Source: Methyloceanibacter sp.
GTDB taxonomy: Bacteria; Pseudomonadota; Alphaproteobacteria; Rhizobiales; Methyloligellaceae
NCBI RefSeq assembly: GCF_035650995.1
Contig: NZ_DASRGO010000031.1
Coordinates: 60,134 to 124,133, forward strand
DNA length: 64,000 nt
Direction of reading: 5' to 3'
The position numbers and the translations under genes were made by a program. Shown piece by piece: positions 19,156 to 28,861 of this stretch; the stretch's first letter is position 1; every line of letters starts with the position of its first letter. A model generated the notes under the pieces. It was not told the DNA's origin, ran no database searches, and was given only the letters and a program-made list of their open reading frames with translations.

Positions 19156-19301
19156 TTCAGGGCTCCAGAGCTAGAAATAATGAGGGGCCGGAAAACGGCC
19201 CCGCACGGGCGGGCAGGCGCCTTAAGGTGCCGCCCGCAGCGAATTCGGACTGGCTTATAGCGCCTAAGCCATAGGCCTGACAATCCGCTAAAGCTAAGCA
19301 A

Positions 19302-19736
19302 TCAAGTGCGCCAGGGGTGCTCCGGCAACTCGCTCACGCCGAGCACCTTGACGCCCGCCTCGGCCACTTTGTGGTCGTTCTCCACGGAGCTCCCGGAGAC
19401 GCCGATGGCGCCGACGAGCACGCCGTCGTCGTCGACAATGGGGAGGCCGCCGGGGAAGGTGATCAGGCCCTCGTTCGAGTGCTCGATGCCGTAGAGCGGC
19501 TTGCCGGGCTGGGACAGCTTGCCGAGCTGACCCGTGGCCATGCCGAAGAACACGGCGGTCTTGGCCTTCTTGATGGCGATGTCGATCGAGCCCACCCAGG
19601 CGTCGTCCATGCGCAAGAAGGCCTTGAGGTTGGCGCCGGAATCGACCACGGCGATGCACATTTGCGTCTTGAGCTCGACCGCCTTCTTGCGGGCGGCCTC
19701 GATCGCCTTCTCGGCATTCTCCAAATTGACGTGCAT
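19302..19736 (-). CDS. GlcG/HbpS family heme-binding protein
   Basis: [40 protein letters not shown]. Confidence 0.88.
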   Translation of the reverse strand: MHVNLENAEKAIEAARKKAVELKTQMCIAVVDSGANLKAFLRMDDAWVGSIDIAIKKAKTAVFFGMATGQLGKLSQPGKPLYGIEHSNEGLITFPGGLPIVDDDGVLVGAIGVSGSSVENDHKVAEAGVKVLGVSELPEHPWRT

Positions 19737-19932
19737 GGGCTTAACACTCCTCGTTGGTGGGGGATGGGCTAGGCATAGCCCGCAAGGCAGGCGGAAACGT
19801 AAACGCCCAAAGATCGCTTTGGTCGCGACACAACGCGACTCTTTCGGCGTAGGATGGCTTCATATGGGAGACCCATGCCGGGGAACCAAGCCCCGAAGGT
19901 GTCGCAGGGTCAGACCGTGGAAGGAGGAGCAC

Positions 19933-20148
19933 ATGACGCAGAGCGTCTACAAGGTGATCGAGATTATCGGCACGAGCCCGAAATCCTGGGAAGAGGCGGC
20001 CAAGAACGCGGTCGAGCTGACCGGGGAGCACTTGCGCGATCTCCGCGTGGCGGAGGTCGTGGCGCAGGATCTCGTCATCACCGACGGCAAGGTCGAGGCC
20101 TACCGCGCCAAGCTCAAGGTCTCGTTCAAGTATGAAGGATCGCGCTGA
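19933..20148 (+). CDS. Dodecin family protein
   Basis: GGAGGAG RBS. YKVIEIIGTSPKSWEEAAKNAV...DGKVEAYRAKLKVSFKY. Confidence 0.88.
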   Translation: MTQSVYKVIEIIGTSPKSWEEAAKNAVELTGEHLRDLRVAEVVAQDLVITDGKVEAYRAKLKVSFKYEGSR

Positions 20149-20233
20149 GCGGCATAGAAGCGAGGGCGCCCGCCCGCTTGCGCTCGTCATTGCCGATGAC
20201 GGGGCTGAAACCACCACCTGCGACACGTAGGGA

Positions 20234-21160
20234 ATGAAGGCAAACCGCATCCATCTCTACGGCCCCCCGGAGGTCATCGTCTTCGAGGATGTCGAGGTGC
20301 CCGTCCCGAGATTCGGCGAGGTCCTGGTCAAGGTCGCCGCGTCGGGCGCGGGACTGTGGGACACCTATATCAGGTCCGGAGCGAGCGTCCTGCCGCAGCC
20401 GCTTCCGCTCACGCTCGGCGCCGAGATCGCCGGCGTCGTCGAGGCGGTCGGGCCCTCGGTGATCGCCTTCACGCCTGGCCAGGAAGTGTTCGGGGTGACC
20501 AATGCCCGCTTCACCGGCGCCAACGCCGAGTACGCCGTGGCGTCAACCGCGATGATCGCGTTGAAACCGCGCGTGCTCACCTATCTTTACGCAGCGTCCA
20601 TGCCGGTCGTCGCCGTGACCGCTTGGCAGATGCTGTTCGATCACGCGGAGCTCGCTGCCGGCGAAACGGTGCTGGTGCAGGGGGCGGCCGGCAATGTCGG
20701 TTCCTATGCCGTGCAATTCGCCCGCCTCGCCGGCGCGCGTGTGATCGCAACCGCCGCGGCTGCTGATATCGACAAGGTGAAGGCGCTCGGCGCCGACAAG
20801 GTCATCGACTTCCGCGCCGAGCGCTTCGACGAGACGCTCAAGGGCATCGACGTCGCCATCGATACGGTCGGCGGCGGCGTGCAGCGGCGGTCCTTTGCCG
20901 TGCTGAGACCCGGCGGGCGGCTGATCTCGTCGGTGTCGAAGCCGAACGCGCAGGAAGCCGAGAAGCGCTCGGTGCGGGCGGGATTCATGCAGGTCGATGT
21001 CGACACGCCGACGCTCGCCAAGATCGCGAGTCTCGTCGATGAGGGCAAACTCAACGTCGAGGTGGGCCCGGTGCTGCCGCTCGAACAGCTCCGTGTGGCG
21101 CATGAGATGCTGGAGGGGATCAGGCCGAAACCCCGCGGCAAGATCGTGATCGAGAGCTGA
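20234..21160 (+). CDS. NADP-dependent quinone oxidoreductase-like (MDR family) protein
   Basis: PLTLGAEIAGVV, GAAGNVGSYAVQFA Rossmann motif, no catalytic Zn ligands. Confidence 0.88.
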   Translation: MKANRIHLYGPPEVIVFEDVEVPVPRFGEVLVKVAASGAGLWDTYIRSGASVLPQPLPLTLGAEIAGVVEAVGPSVIAFTPGQEVFGVTNARFTGANAEYAVASTAMIALKPRVLTYLYAASMPVVAVTAWQMLFDHAELAAGETVLVQGAAGNVGSYAVQFARLAGARVIATAAAADIDKVKALGADKVIDFRAERFDETLKGIDVAIDTVGGGVQRRSFAVLRPGGRLISSVSKPNAQEAEKRSVRAGFMQVDVDTPTLAKIASLVDEGKLNVEVGPVLPLEQLRVAHEMLEGIRPKPRGKIVIES

Positions 21161-21180
21161 GGAACGGGTCGGCGTCGAGC

Positions 21181-22113
21181 CTAGTAGAACAGGCTCGAGA
21201 CCGAGCGTTCCTCGGCGGTGCGCGCGATCGCCTCGCCGAGCAGAGGGGCGATCGGGAGCACGCGGATGTTGTGAGCGTTCTTGACCGCCTCGCTCGGCAG
21301 GATCGAGTCGGTGATGACGAGCTCCTTGAGCCGCGACGCCATGATGCGGGCGACCGCGCCACCCGACAGCACGCCGTGGGTGATGTAGGCGCTAACCGAG
21401 GTCGCGCCGTGATCGAGCAAGGCCTCGGCCGCATTCACCAGAGTGCCGCCCGAATCGACGATATCGTCGACCATGATGCAGGTGCGCCCCTTCACGTTGC
21501 CGATGACGTTCATCACCTCGGAATCGCCGGGACGCTCGCGGCGCTTGTCGACGATGGCGAGCGGAGCGTCGATGCGCTTGGCAAGTCCCCGGGCACGAAC
21601 CACGCCGCCCACGTCGGGCGACACCACCATCAGGTTGTTGGTGTCGAACACCTGCTTGATATCCTGCACCATGACCGGTGCGGCGAACAGATTGTCGGTC
21701 GGGATGTCGAAGAAGCCCTGGATCTGTCCGGCATGGAGGTCGAGGGTGAGCACGCGGTCGGCGCCCGCACGCACGATCATGTTGGCGACGAGCTTGGCCG
21801 AGATCGGGGTGCGGGGACCAGGCTTCCGGTCCTGGCGCGCGTAGCCGAAATAGGGAACCACTGCGGTCACCCGCTTCGCCGATGCGCGCTTCAGCGCATC
21901 GATGATGATAAGAAGCTCCATCAGGTGATCGTTGGCGGGGAAGGAGGTCGACTGGATGACGAACACGTCCTCGCCGCGGACGTTCTCCTGCACCTCGACG
22001 AAGATCTCCATGTCCGCGAAGCGCCGCACGACGCATTTGGCGAGCGGCGTGTTGAGGTAGGTCGCGATGGCCTCGGCGAGGGGCCGATTGCTGTTGCCGG
22101 CGACCAGCTTCAT
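21181..22113 (-). CDS. prs: Ribose-phosphate pyrophosphokinase
   Basis: [47 protein letters not shown]. Confidence 0.98.
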   Translation of the reverse strand: MKLVAGNSNRPLAEAIATYLNTPLAKCVVRRFADMEIFVEVQENVRGEDVFVIQSTSFPANDHLMELLIIIDALKRASAKRVTAVVPYFGYARQDRKPGPRTPISAKLVANMIVRAGADRVLTLDLHAGQIQGFFDIPTDNLFAAPVMVQDIKQVFDTNNLMVVSPDVGGVVRARGLAKRIDAPLAIVDKRRERPGDSEVMNVIGNVKGRTCIMVDDIVDSGGTLVNAAEALLDHGATSVSAYITHGVLSGGAVARIMASRLKELVITDSILPSEAVKNAHNIRVLPIAPLLGEAIARTAEERSVSSLFY

Positions 22114-22232
22114 TCGATCGCTCCTCGACCCTTCGGCGCCAAGAGCAAGAGCGGACGGTTTCTGCATCACGCCCGGCTTTTAACAAGGGCTTGGGGGCGC
22201 TGTAAACTCGCGTGGTGCCGAAAGGCTGTGGA

Positions 22233-23150
22233 TCAGCTCGACCTGGGCAGAAGCTTGATGATGCCGTCGGCGGCGGCGCCCGCCGCGGCGTCGGCGACGG
22301 CGCCCCAAGGTCCGTTCAGAGAGCCGCGCGGGATGGTGTTCTGCTGCGAAACGGTGCCGAGCCTCTTGCCGCTCGGGTCGAGCACGAGCCAGTCGATGCG
22401 GATGCTCTGCTTGCCGCCGGCCGCGTCCGACAGGACGACGGTGCCCTTAACCATGTAGACGTTTTCGGTCACGCCGTTGGCGAGCTTGATGCCGCCGGCA
22501 TAGAGGCGCTTCTTGAGCGCGGTGGTGAGCGATCGCTGGCCGTCGCCGGGGGCGCCTGCGACGGGCGCCACGAGCACGCCGTTTGCCTTGGGCAGCGCGG
22601 CGGGTGCAGGCGCCGTCGAAGCGGTCGCGGCAGGAGTCCCTTCCGACACGGCGGCGACCGGGGCGGCGCTGCCATGCGGCAAGGATGCCGCCACCTGCGA
22701 GGTGGTCTTGCCGGCGATCGAGTTGAGCACAGTGCCGTTCACCGCCTCCCACGGGTCGGCAACGCGGCCAGGGATCAGCTCGTCGCCCGAAACGCGCGAC
22801 ACGCGGCCGCCGGAGGCGTCCGTCACGTCGAAGATGTAGGAGATTTTCGAGCCGCCCTTCTCGGACGAGGCGAGCAGGTAGCCGCGCAACGTGTAATCTC
22901 CGCTGCCGCCCGGCACGATGGTGAGGCGGCGGTCCTTGCCGGCATCGACCAAGGCCTGGGTGAATTGGTCGGCGACCGCCTGCGGGGCGCCGACGATGGG
23001 CGCAAGGGAGATTTTCGTCGATCTCGAGAACAGGCTGCTTGCGCTCGAGAAGAAGCTGCTCGTGCTCGGGCCGCCGCCGCAGCCGGTCAGGCACACGAGT
23101 GCCAGGACGGCAAGGGCGGCTGACACGACGTGTCTTAGATGGCCGCGCAA
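22233..23150 (-). CDS. Putative lipoprotein (two similar domains joined by an Ala/Pro linker)
   Basis: Lipobox LTGC after a hydrophobic stretch. Start uncertain (TTG at 23150 chosen). Confidence 0.7.
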   Translation of the reverse strand: MRGHLRHVVSAALAVLALVCLTGCGGGPSTSSFFSSASSLFSRSTKISLAPIVGAPQAVADQFTQALVDAGKDRRLTIVPGGSGDYTLRGYLLASSEKGGSKISYIFDVTDASGGRVSRVSGDELIPGRVADPWEAVNGTVLNSIAGKTTSQVAASLPHGSAAPVAAVSEGTPAATASTAPAPAALPKANGVLVAPVAGAPGDGQRSLTTALKKRLYAGGIKLANGVTENVYMVKGTVVLSDAAGGKQSIRIDWLVLDPSGKRLGTVSQQNTIPRGSLNGPWGAVADAAAGAAADGIIKLLPRSS

Positions 23151-23335
23151 GTGCGTTGAGTCCGCGCCCAACAAAATTCTCCCTCTGTTGGCCGCACAGC
23201 ACCGCTCGCGACGGAGCCGTCGTGGCGGGACTCCCAACCCTCTCGTAAACAATAGCTTACCCGCCTCGGCCCGCTCGCGTCCAGGTCTTGAGTGGGCCAG
23301 GCCTGGGGCCCTTGCGACCTATAGTGAACGCCAAC

Positions 23336-24121
23336 TCAGGTAAGCAGGATGGCGGAAATTTGACGGCCGTAATCCGTCTCGCCGTGGTGCTGGGACCGGC
23401 GGTAGCTGAATAGCCTGGATTCGTCGCAATACGTGCACAGGCCGAGATCGAGAATGGTGCCCACGCCTGCCCGTCTCAGCCGCTCGGCCACGTAGCCCGG
23501 CAGGTCGAAATGCGGTTCGCCGGAGCCCTCGTCGAGGGCGAAGAAGGGGGTGCTCTCCGGCTCCTCGGCCACGAATTTATCGCGGTAGTCGGTGCCGACC
23601 TCATAGGCCTTCTGCGAGATCGCCGGTCCGATCGCGGCAACCGTTCGCTCGGGCTCGGCGCCGAGCTTCTGCATGGCCTTCATCGTCGCCTCGACGATGC
23701 CTGACAGCGCGCCGCGCCAGCCGGCATGAGCCGCACCGATGACGCGCGCCTCGCCGTCGCAAAACAGCACCGGCGCGCAGTCGGCGGTGAGCACGCCGAT
23801 GGCAAGTCCCGGCGTCGAGGTGACGATGGCGTCGGCCTCCGGAATCTTCCCTGCCGCCCACGGCGCCTTGACGGCCACCGCGGCGGCGCTGTGCTTTTGC
23901 GAGACCGTGAGCAAATGGCTCGGTTTGGCGCCCAGGATCTCGGCGACGCGGGCGCGGTTCTCCTGAACACTCGCCGGCTCGTCGCCCGAGCCTGGCCCGC
24001 AATTAAGCGAGGCGAAGATCCCGGTCGAAACGCCGCCCTGGCGGGTAAAGAAACCGTGTGAGACCCCGCCGATGGCGGCAAGGGGCGAGGCGCACAGTCT
24101 CATCTTGTCGGGCGTAACCAT
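23336..24121 (-). CDS. pgeF: PgeF/YfiH family purine nucleoside phosphorylase-like protein
   Basis: HGFFTRQGGVS, SLNCG, ADAIVT, TADCAPVL, HAGWRG, FSYRR. Confidence 0.92.
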   Translation of the reverse strand: MVTPDKMRLCASPLAAIGGVSHGFFTRQGGVSTGIFASLNCGPGSGDEPASVQENRARVAEILGAKPSHLLTVSQKHSAAAVAVKAPWAAGKIPEADAIVTSTPGLAIGVLTADCAPVLFCDGEARVIGAAHAGWRGALSGIVEATMKAMQKLGAEPERTVAAIGPAISQKAYEVGTDYRDKFVAEEPESTPFFALDEGSGEPHFDLPGYVAERLRRAGVGTILDLGLCTYCDESRLFSYRRSQHHGETDYGRQISAILLT

Positions 24122-24142
24122 GGGCCGGCGAGAGCGAACGCT

Positions 24143-25246
24143 CTAAATTTCCCCGAAGGGCGGCGGCGTGGCAAGCCCATCGCTTGCAAGCGCGAGCACT
24201 TTGAACAGAACACCCATCCGGCTCGGATCGGCGAGCCGCGCGGCGCCCGAAGAGATCAACTCCCGCTGCTCGGGCCGCGCCGCCGCGATAAGCCGGTCGC
24301 GTCGCTCGAGCAGCCCAAGCCGTATCAGGAACTCGCCCTGCGGCATGGGCCCATAGGCCTTGAGCCCAAGCGCTTCCGCCTCTCGCTTCAAGGCGGCAAA
24401 ATCGACGTGGGCGGTGAGGTCGGTCTCGCCCGGAGCGGCAAGCGGGTCGGCGTAGCGGTGATGGCGCACCGCTTGGAGCGTATCGCCCAGGCCGCTCCGC
24501 TCGTGGCCGTAATCGATGAAAAGGGCGGTAAGCGGAGCCTCCTTCGCTCGCGCGGCGAGAGATGCGAGGAGGCGACCCGTCGCGGGACGCCTCTCGATGA
24601 TGGCGCCCTCGGGCGCTTCGGGGAGGGTGCCGTCATCAACTGTGCTGCCCTCGGTAAAGGCGAGGCGGCCGCCCGCGTTCAAGCCGACGCACCGCTCGCG
24701 CCAGACCCCTTTCCGGCGCACGAACTGGCGCACGGGCAGCGCATCGAGAAATTCGTTGGCGATGACGATGAGCGGGAGCCCGCGCGGCACAGCGTCGAGC
24801 GTCTCGTGCCAGCGGATCGGCTGGCTGGCGCCCCTTAGCGTTTCCTTTTGCGTCTCGCGGAGCACCTGGCTTCTTTCGATGAGCGCGAGCGAAACGCTGT
24901 CAGCGAAGGCTTTCGCGCTCCGCCAGGCACGCATCGCGTCGGCGAGAAGGGTGCCGCGGCCGGGACCGAACTCGGCAACGATGACCGACGTTGGCGCGCC
25001 CATTGCCTGCCACACGCAGGCTGCCCAGAGCCCGATCAGCTCCCCGAAAATCTGGCTGATCTCCGGCGCCGTGATGAAATCGCCCGACGCTCCGATCGGC
25101 TGGCGCGAGGTGTAGTAGCCCCCGCGCGCGTCGGTGAGGCAGGCGTCCATGTAGTCGGCGACGCTGATTGGTCCCTCGCGGGCGATGCGCTCATGAAGCC
25201 GTACCGCAAGGGGCGCGGATGCCGGGCGAGCGAACGCGCTCATCAC
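24143..25246 (-). CDS. SAM-dependent methyltransferase, MidA/NDUFAF7 family
   Basis: GDFITAPEISQIFGELIG, EFGPGRGTL, ANEFLDALP, IDYG, DLTAHVDF. Confidence 0.92.
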   Translation of the reverse strand: MMSAFARPASAPLAVRLHERIAREGPISVADYMDACLTDARGGYYTSRQPIGASGDFITAPEISQIFGELIGLWAACVWQAMGAPTSVIVAEFGPGRGTLLADAMRAWRSAKAFADSVSLALIERSQVLRETQKETLRGASQPIRWHETLDAVPRGLPLIVIANEFLDALPVRQFVRRKGVWRERCVGLNAGGRLAFTEGSTVDDGTLPEAPEGAIIERRPATGRLLASLAARAKEAPLTALFIDYGHERSGLGDTLQAVRHHRYADPLAAPGETDLTAHVDFAALKREAEALGLKAYGPMPQGEFLIRLGLLERRDRLIAAARPEQRELISSGAARLADPSRMGVLFKVLALASDGLATPPPFGEI

Positions 25247-26070
25247 GAGGCGAGCGCGGGCTTCCGCCTCGCGCGCCAGATGAGCCAGGCGCCGATCAGG
25301 ACCATGGGGATGGAATAGACGATGCCTGGCGTGAAGATGCCGACATCCATCGGGTGCCCGGCATGCGGCTCGCGCGCGAACTCCTCAACGACGCTGCGGA
25401 AGATGCCGTAGAAGATGAGGAACAGGCCGAACACGGTGCCGGGCCGCTCGAGCGCGTGATAGCGGTGGGTGGCGATGCGCAAGATGATCCACAGCACGAT
25501 GCCCTCGAGAAAAGCCTCGTAGAGCTGGCTCGGGTGGCGCGGCTGGTCGCCGGTCCCCGGGAACACCATGGCCCAAGGCACGTCGGTGACGCGCCCGACC
25601 ACCTCGGCGTTGATGAAATTGGCGATGCGGCCGAAGAACAGCCCAAACGGGGTGGCGGCGGAGGCCACGTCGCCGAGCGAGAGCGGATTGATGCCCTTCA
25701 CGCGCGAGAAGACATAGACCGCGAGCACGACGCCGAGCAGCCCGCCATGAAAGGACATGCCGCCGTTCCACACGGCCGGGATCTCCGAGGGGTTGTGCCA
25801 GAAGAAGCTCGGCTCGTAGAACAGCACGAAGCCGAGCCTGCCGCCGACGACGATGCCAAGCGTGATCCATAATAGAAAGTCATCGGCCTGGGTGACGGTC
25901 ATCGGCGACTTGCCGCCCCACAGCGCATCGCGCGAGACGAGGTAGCGCCCGTACAGCCAGCCGCACAGGATGCCGGCCATGTAGGCGAGCCCGTACCAGC
26001 GGATCGAGACCGGACCGATCTGGAGCGCGACGGGATCGATCACGGGGTAGGGGATGACGAGGAGGTCCAT
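25243..26070 (-). CDS. lgt: Prolipoprotein diacylglyceryl transferase
   Basis: RWYGLAY, GGRLGFVLFY, GGMSFHGG, GRIANFINAE, RHPSQLYE. Confidence 0.97.
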   Translation of the reverse strand: MDLLVIPYPVIDPVALQIGPVSIRWYGLAYMAGILCGWLYGRYLVSRDALWGGKSPMTVTQADDFLLWITLGIVVGGRLGFVLFYEPSFFWHNPSEIPAVWNGGMSFHGGLLGVVLAVYVFSRVKGINPLSLGDVASAATPFGLFFGRIANFINAEVVGRVTDVPWAMVFPGTGDQPRHPSQLYEAFLEGIVLWIILRIATHRYHALERPGTVFGLFLIFYGIFRSVVEEFAREPHAGHPMDVGIFTPGIVYSIPMVLIGAWLIWRARRKPALAS

Positions 26071-26184
26071 CGGTCGGGGCCTAAGGCTTGGCGACGGGCG
26101 GACCCTTTACCGACCATGCCTCACTGTCAAGGCGCCGAACGCCGCTCCCTTGCGTCTCGAGGCTCGGCATCCCATAGTCGGCGC

Positions 26185-26457
26185 ATGACGCAGACCACTG
26201 GGCGGTTCTTCGACGAGCTCGGCAGGCTCATCACCGACGCCGCGGGCGCGGCCGACGGCGTGCGCAAGGAAATCGAGGGCGTGGTCCGCGCCCAGGCCGA
26301 GCGCGTATTGCGCGATCTTGACGTGGTGCAGCGCGAGGAGTTCGAGGCGGTCAAGGCCATGGCGCAAAAGGCGCGCGAGGAGAACGAGGCGTTGAAGGCG
26401 CGCATCGCCGCGCTCGAAGCCGCGATCGTGAAAGGTCTGGCGAGCGACGGCCATTAG
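26185..26457 (+). CDS. ubiK: Accessory factor UbiK / BMFP family
   Basis: FFDELGRLITDAAG, LDVVQREEFEAVKAMA, C-terminal coiled coil. Confidence 0.85.
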   Translation: MTQTTGRFFDELGRLITDAAGAADGVRKEIEGVVRAQAERVLRDLDVVQREEFEAVKAMAQKAREENEALKARIAALEAAIVKGLASDGH

Positions 26458-26498
26458 CTGACGGGCAATCTTTGCTTGACTGGTACGTCTGTCGAACG

Positions 26499-26655
26499 GA
26501 CTCGAAGCGAGGGCGAATCGAGTCGGTCTACCGCTTGGGCCGGTGCTTTAATCCACAGCTATCTTTAGGTGGTCCACAGCATTCGGCTTGACCCGACTCG
26601 GCGCCGGTTGGTGCCGCCGACTCACCCATTATATAACTGATTCACAAAGTGATTC
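26499..26655. promoter_or_regulatory. GANTC-rich region with DnaA-box-like 9-mers
   Basis: Seven GANTC sites (26499, 26515, 26520, 26595, 26619, 26639, 26651). TAATCCACA at 26549, TGGTCCACA at 26570, TGATTCACA at 26638. Confidence 0.5.
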
Positions 26656-26707
26656 GCGGCATTGTCTGAAGTAGCGCGGAACTCTCTAGAGGCCACAGAG
26701 GGAACGC

Positions 26708-27205
26708 ATGGCTACGACCGAGTTTAACTTCGACCGACTCACCAACCCCGTAGATATCGTCGAGCATATCGCAACCATTCATGACTGGACTTTCGAGCGA
26801 AGTGCGCCGGACGAGCTCACGCTGACCGTCGCGGGGACGTGGTGCGACTACCATATCTCATTGACTTGGCGGGATGATCTTGAGGCGCTGCATTTGGCTT
26901 GCGCCTTCGACTTCAAGGTCACCAAGGCGCGACTTGCGGAACTCTACCGGCTGCTCGCGCTGATCAACGAGCAGCTCTGGCTCGGCCATTTCGATCTGTG
27001 GAAGGAGGACGGGCTCCTGCTCTACCGCCACGGCCTTCTGCTCACCGGCACCGAGACCAAGGCTTCGCAATGCGAGGCTCTCCTCAGGGCGGCGCTCGAG
27101 TCTTGCGAGCGCTATTATCAATCCTTCCAGTTCGTGCAGTGGGCGGGGAAGTCGTCGGAAGACGCGCTCACCGCCACCATGCTCGAGACGCAAGGACAGG
27201 CATGA
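26708..27205 (+). CDS. YbjN domain-containing protein
   Basis: NPVDIVE, W-x-FER, LLALINEQLWLGHFDLW, ERYYQSFQFVQWAGK. Confidence 0.85.
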   Translation: MATTEFNFDRLTNPVDIVEHIATIHDWTFERSAPDELTLTVAGTWCDYHISLTWRDDLEALHLACAFDFKVTKARLAELYRLLALINEQLWLGHFDLWKEDGLLLYRHGLLLTGTETKASQCEALLRAALESCERYYQSFQFVQWAGKSSEDALTATMLETQGQA

Positions 27206-28014
27206 CACTTCGCCTCGCCGGCCCGCTCGTCCTCGTCGGAGCGGGGAAGATGGGCGGGGCTCTGCTCGAGGGCTGGCTTCGGCAGGGCCTTGAGCCCGAA
27301 CATGTGTTCGTGCGCGATCCCTCGCCGCCGCCGGAGGTCGCCGCGCTGGTCAAGCGCCACGGCATCGAGACCGCGCGCCTGCCCGAGGAGCCCGCAGTCA
27401 TCGTCATCGCCGTCAAGCCGCAGCTCGTCGAGGAGACGCTTGCCGCGCTTGCCCCTGCCATCGGCAAGGGCACGGTCGTGCTGTCGATCGCGGCCGGACG
27501 GACGCTCGCCTCTCTCGCCAAGCCGCTGCCGAAGGACACGGCGATCGTGCGGGCGATGCCCAACACCGCCGCCGCCATCGGCCGCAGCATGACGGCCGCC
27601 TGCGCCAACGCCGAAGTGAGCCGCGAGCAAGCGCTCGCATGCGGCGCGCTGCTCGAGGCGATCGGCGAGGTGATCTGGCTCGACGACGAGCGCCTGATGG
27701 ACGCTGTCACGGCGGTCTCTGGGAGCGGGCCGGCCTATGTGTTCCTGCTCGCCGAATGTCTCGCCGAAGCCGGGCGCGAGGCCGGGCTCGATGCCGAGCT
27801 CGCCAACCAGCTCGCGCGGGCGACGGTTTCGGGCGCTGGCGCGCTGCTTGCCCAATCGGACTTGAGCGCAGCGAGGCTTAGAGAGAACGTGACCTCGCCC
27901 AAGGGCACGACCGCCGCTGCGCTCGAGATCCTGATGGGGACGGGCGGGTTCAAGGACCTTCTCATCCGCGCCGTTGCCGCAGCCGCGAAGCGGTCGCGCG
28001 AACTGTCGTCCTGA
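27202..28014 (+). CDS. proC: Pyrroline-5-carboxylate reductase
   Basis: GAGKMGGA, AVKPQ, RAMPNT, TAVSGSGPAY, VTSPKGTT. ATGA overlap with the upstream gene. Confidence 0.96.
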   Translation: MTLRLAGPLVLVGAGKMGGALLEGWLRQGLEPEHVFVRDPSPPPEVAALVKRHGIETARLPEEPAVIVIAVKPQLVEETLAALAPAIGKGTVVLSIAAGRTLASLAKPLPKDTAIVRAMPNTAAAIGRSMTAACANAEVSREQALACGALLEAIGEVIWLDDERLMDAVTAVSGSGPAYVFLLAECLAEAGREAGLDAELANQLARATVSGAGALLAQSDLSAARLRENVTSPKGTTAAALEILMGTGGFKDLLIRAVAAAAKRSRELSS

Positions 28015-28017
28015 GAG

Positions 28018-28145
28018 CGGAAATCAGAGTCAGAAGCCAGAAACCGGGAAGCGGGAAAAGTTGTTTTCCTTTTGAGTCCGACTTCTGACTTCTGAGATCT
28101 CATTTCCGGATTCTGGCTTCCGATTTCCGATATGATCGGAAATCA
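28018..28145. repeat. Heptamer-periodic inverted repeat (CAGAAGY / RCTTCTG units)
   Basis: CGGAAATCAGAGTCAGAAGCCAGAAACCGG is complementary to CCGACTTCTGACTTCTGAG and to CCGGATTCTGGCTTCCGATTTCCGA. Confidence 0.6.
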
Positions 28146-28158
28146 AAGGAGTACCCCC

Positions 28159-28854
28159 ATGTTCGACGATCTCTCCACACGTTCGAAGGCGATCAAGGCG
28201 GCGCTCGCGCTTGCTGCGCGCAAGGGCTGGCGCGACACCACGCTCGCCGACATCGCGCAAGACTCGGGGCTCAGCCTCGCCGATCTGAGAGCGGAGTTCA
28301 CCACCAAGAACGATATCCTCCGCGCTTTCCAGGCCAAGGTGGACGAAGAAGTGCTGGCAAAAGCCAAGGCGGCGCCCGAAGGACAGAGCCCGCGCGACCG
28401 GCTGTTCGACGTGATCATGACGCGATTCGAGGTGCTTGCGCCGTACAAGAGCGCGCTCAGGCGCATCTCGGCCTATCTCTGTTGCCGCCCGGGAGAGGCG
28501 GCAATGCTCGCCTGTTCCACGCTCGCCTCGCAATATTGGATGCTCGCGGCATCCGGTGCCAAGCTCGACGGCGCTGGTGCTGCGGTGCGCGTCGGCGGGC
28601 TTGCCGCGATCTACGCCAAGGTGTTCGAGGTCTGGCTCGACGACAATTCGCCCTCACTCGACAAGACCATGGCCGCGCTCGACCGGCGTCTCGCGAAGGG
28701 AGAGAAGTGGCTCGATCGCGCCGAAACGGCGTGCGCCGATCTCTGCCGCTTTGCTTGCGGGTTCCTGCCGCGCGGATGGAAGCGGCGCAACACCGAAACG
28801 CCGCCGCCGGCGAGCCCAGAATCGCCCGGACCAGCGGCGCCGGCGCCGGCCTAA
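28159..28854 (+). CDS. TetR/AcrR family transcriptional regulator
   Basis: N-terminal HTH (AALALAARKGWRDTTLADIAQDSGLS), RDRLFDVIMTRFEVL. Confidence 0.82.
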   Translation: MFDDLSTRSKAIKAALALAARKGWRDTTLADIAQDSGLSLADLRAEFTTKNDILRAFQAKVDEEVLAKAKAAPEGQSPRDRLFDVIMTRFEVLAPYKSALRRISAYLCCRPGEAAMLACSTLASQYWMLAASGAKLDGAGAAVRVGGLAAIYAKVFEVWLDDNSPSLDKTMAALDRRLAKGEKWLDRAETACADLCRFACGFLPRGWKRRNTETPPPASPESPGPAAPAPA

Positions 28855-28861
28855 GCCCGCG

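Noticed and set aside
26458-26707. Chromosomal replication origin
   Set aside because: The DnaA-like boxes are imperfect, the AT-rich stretch is short, and no origin-linked genes are nearby. Kept only as a regulatory finding.
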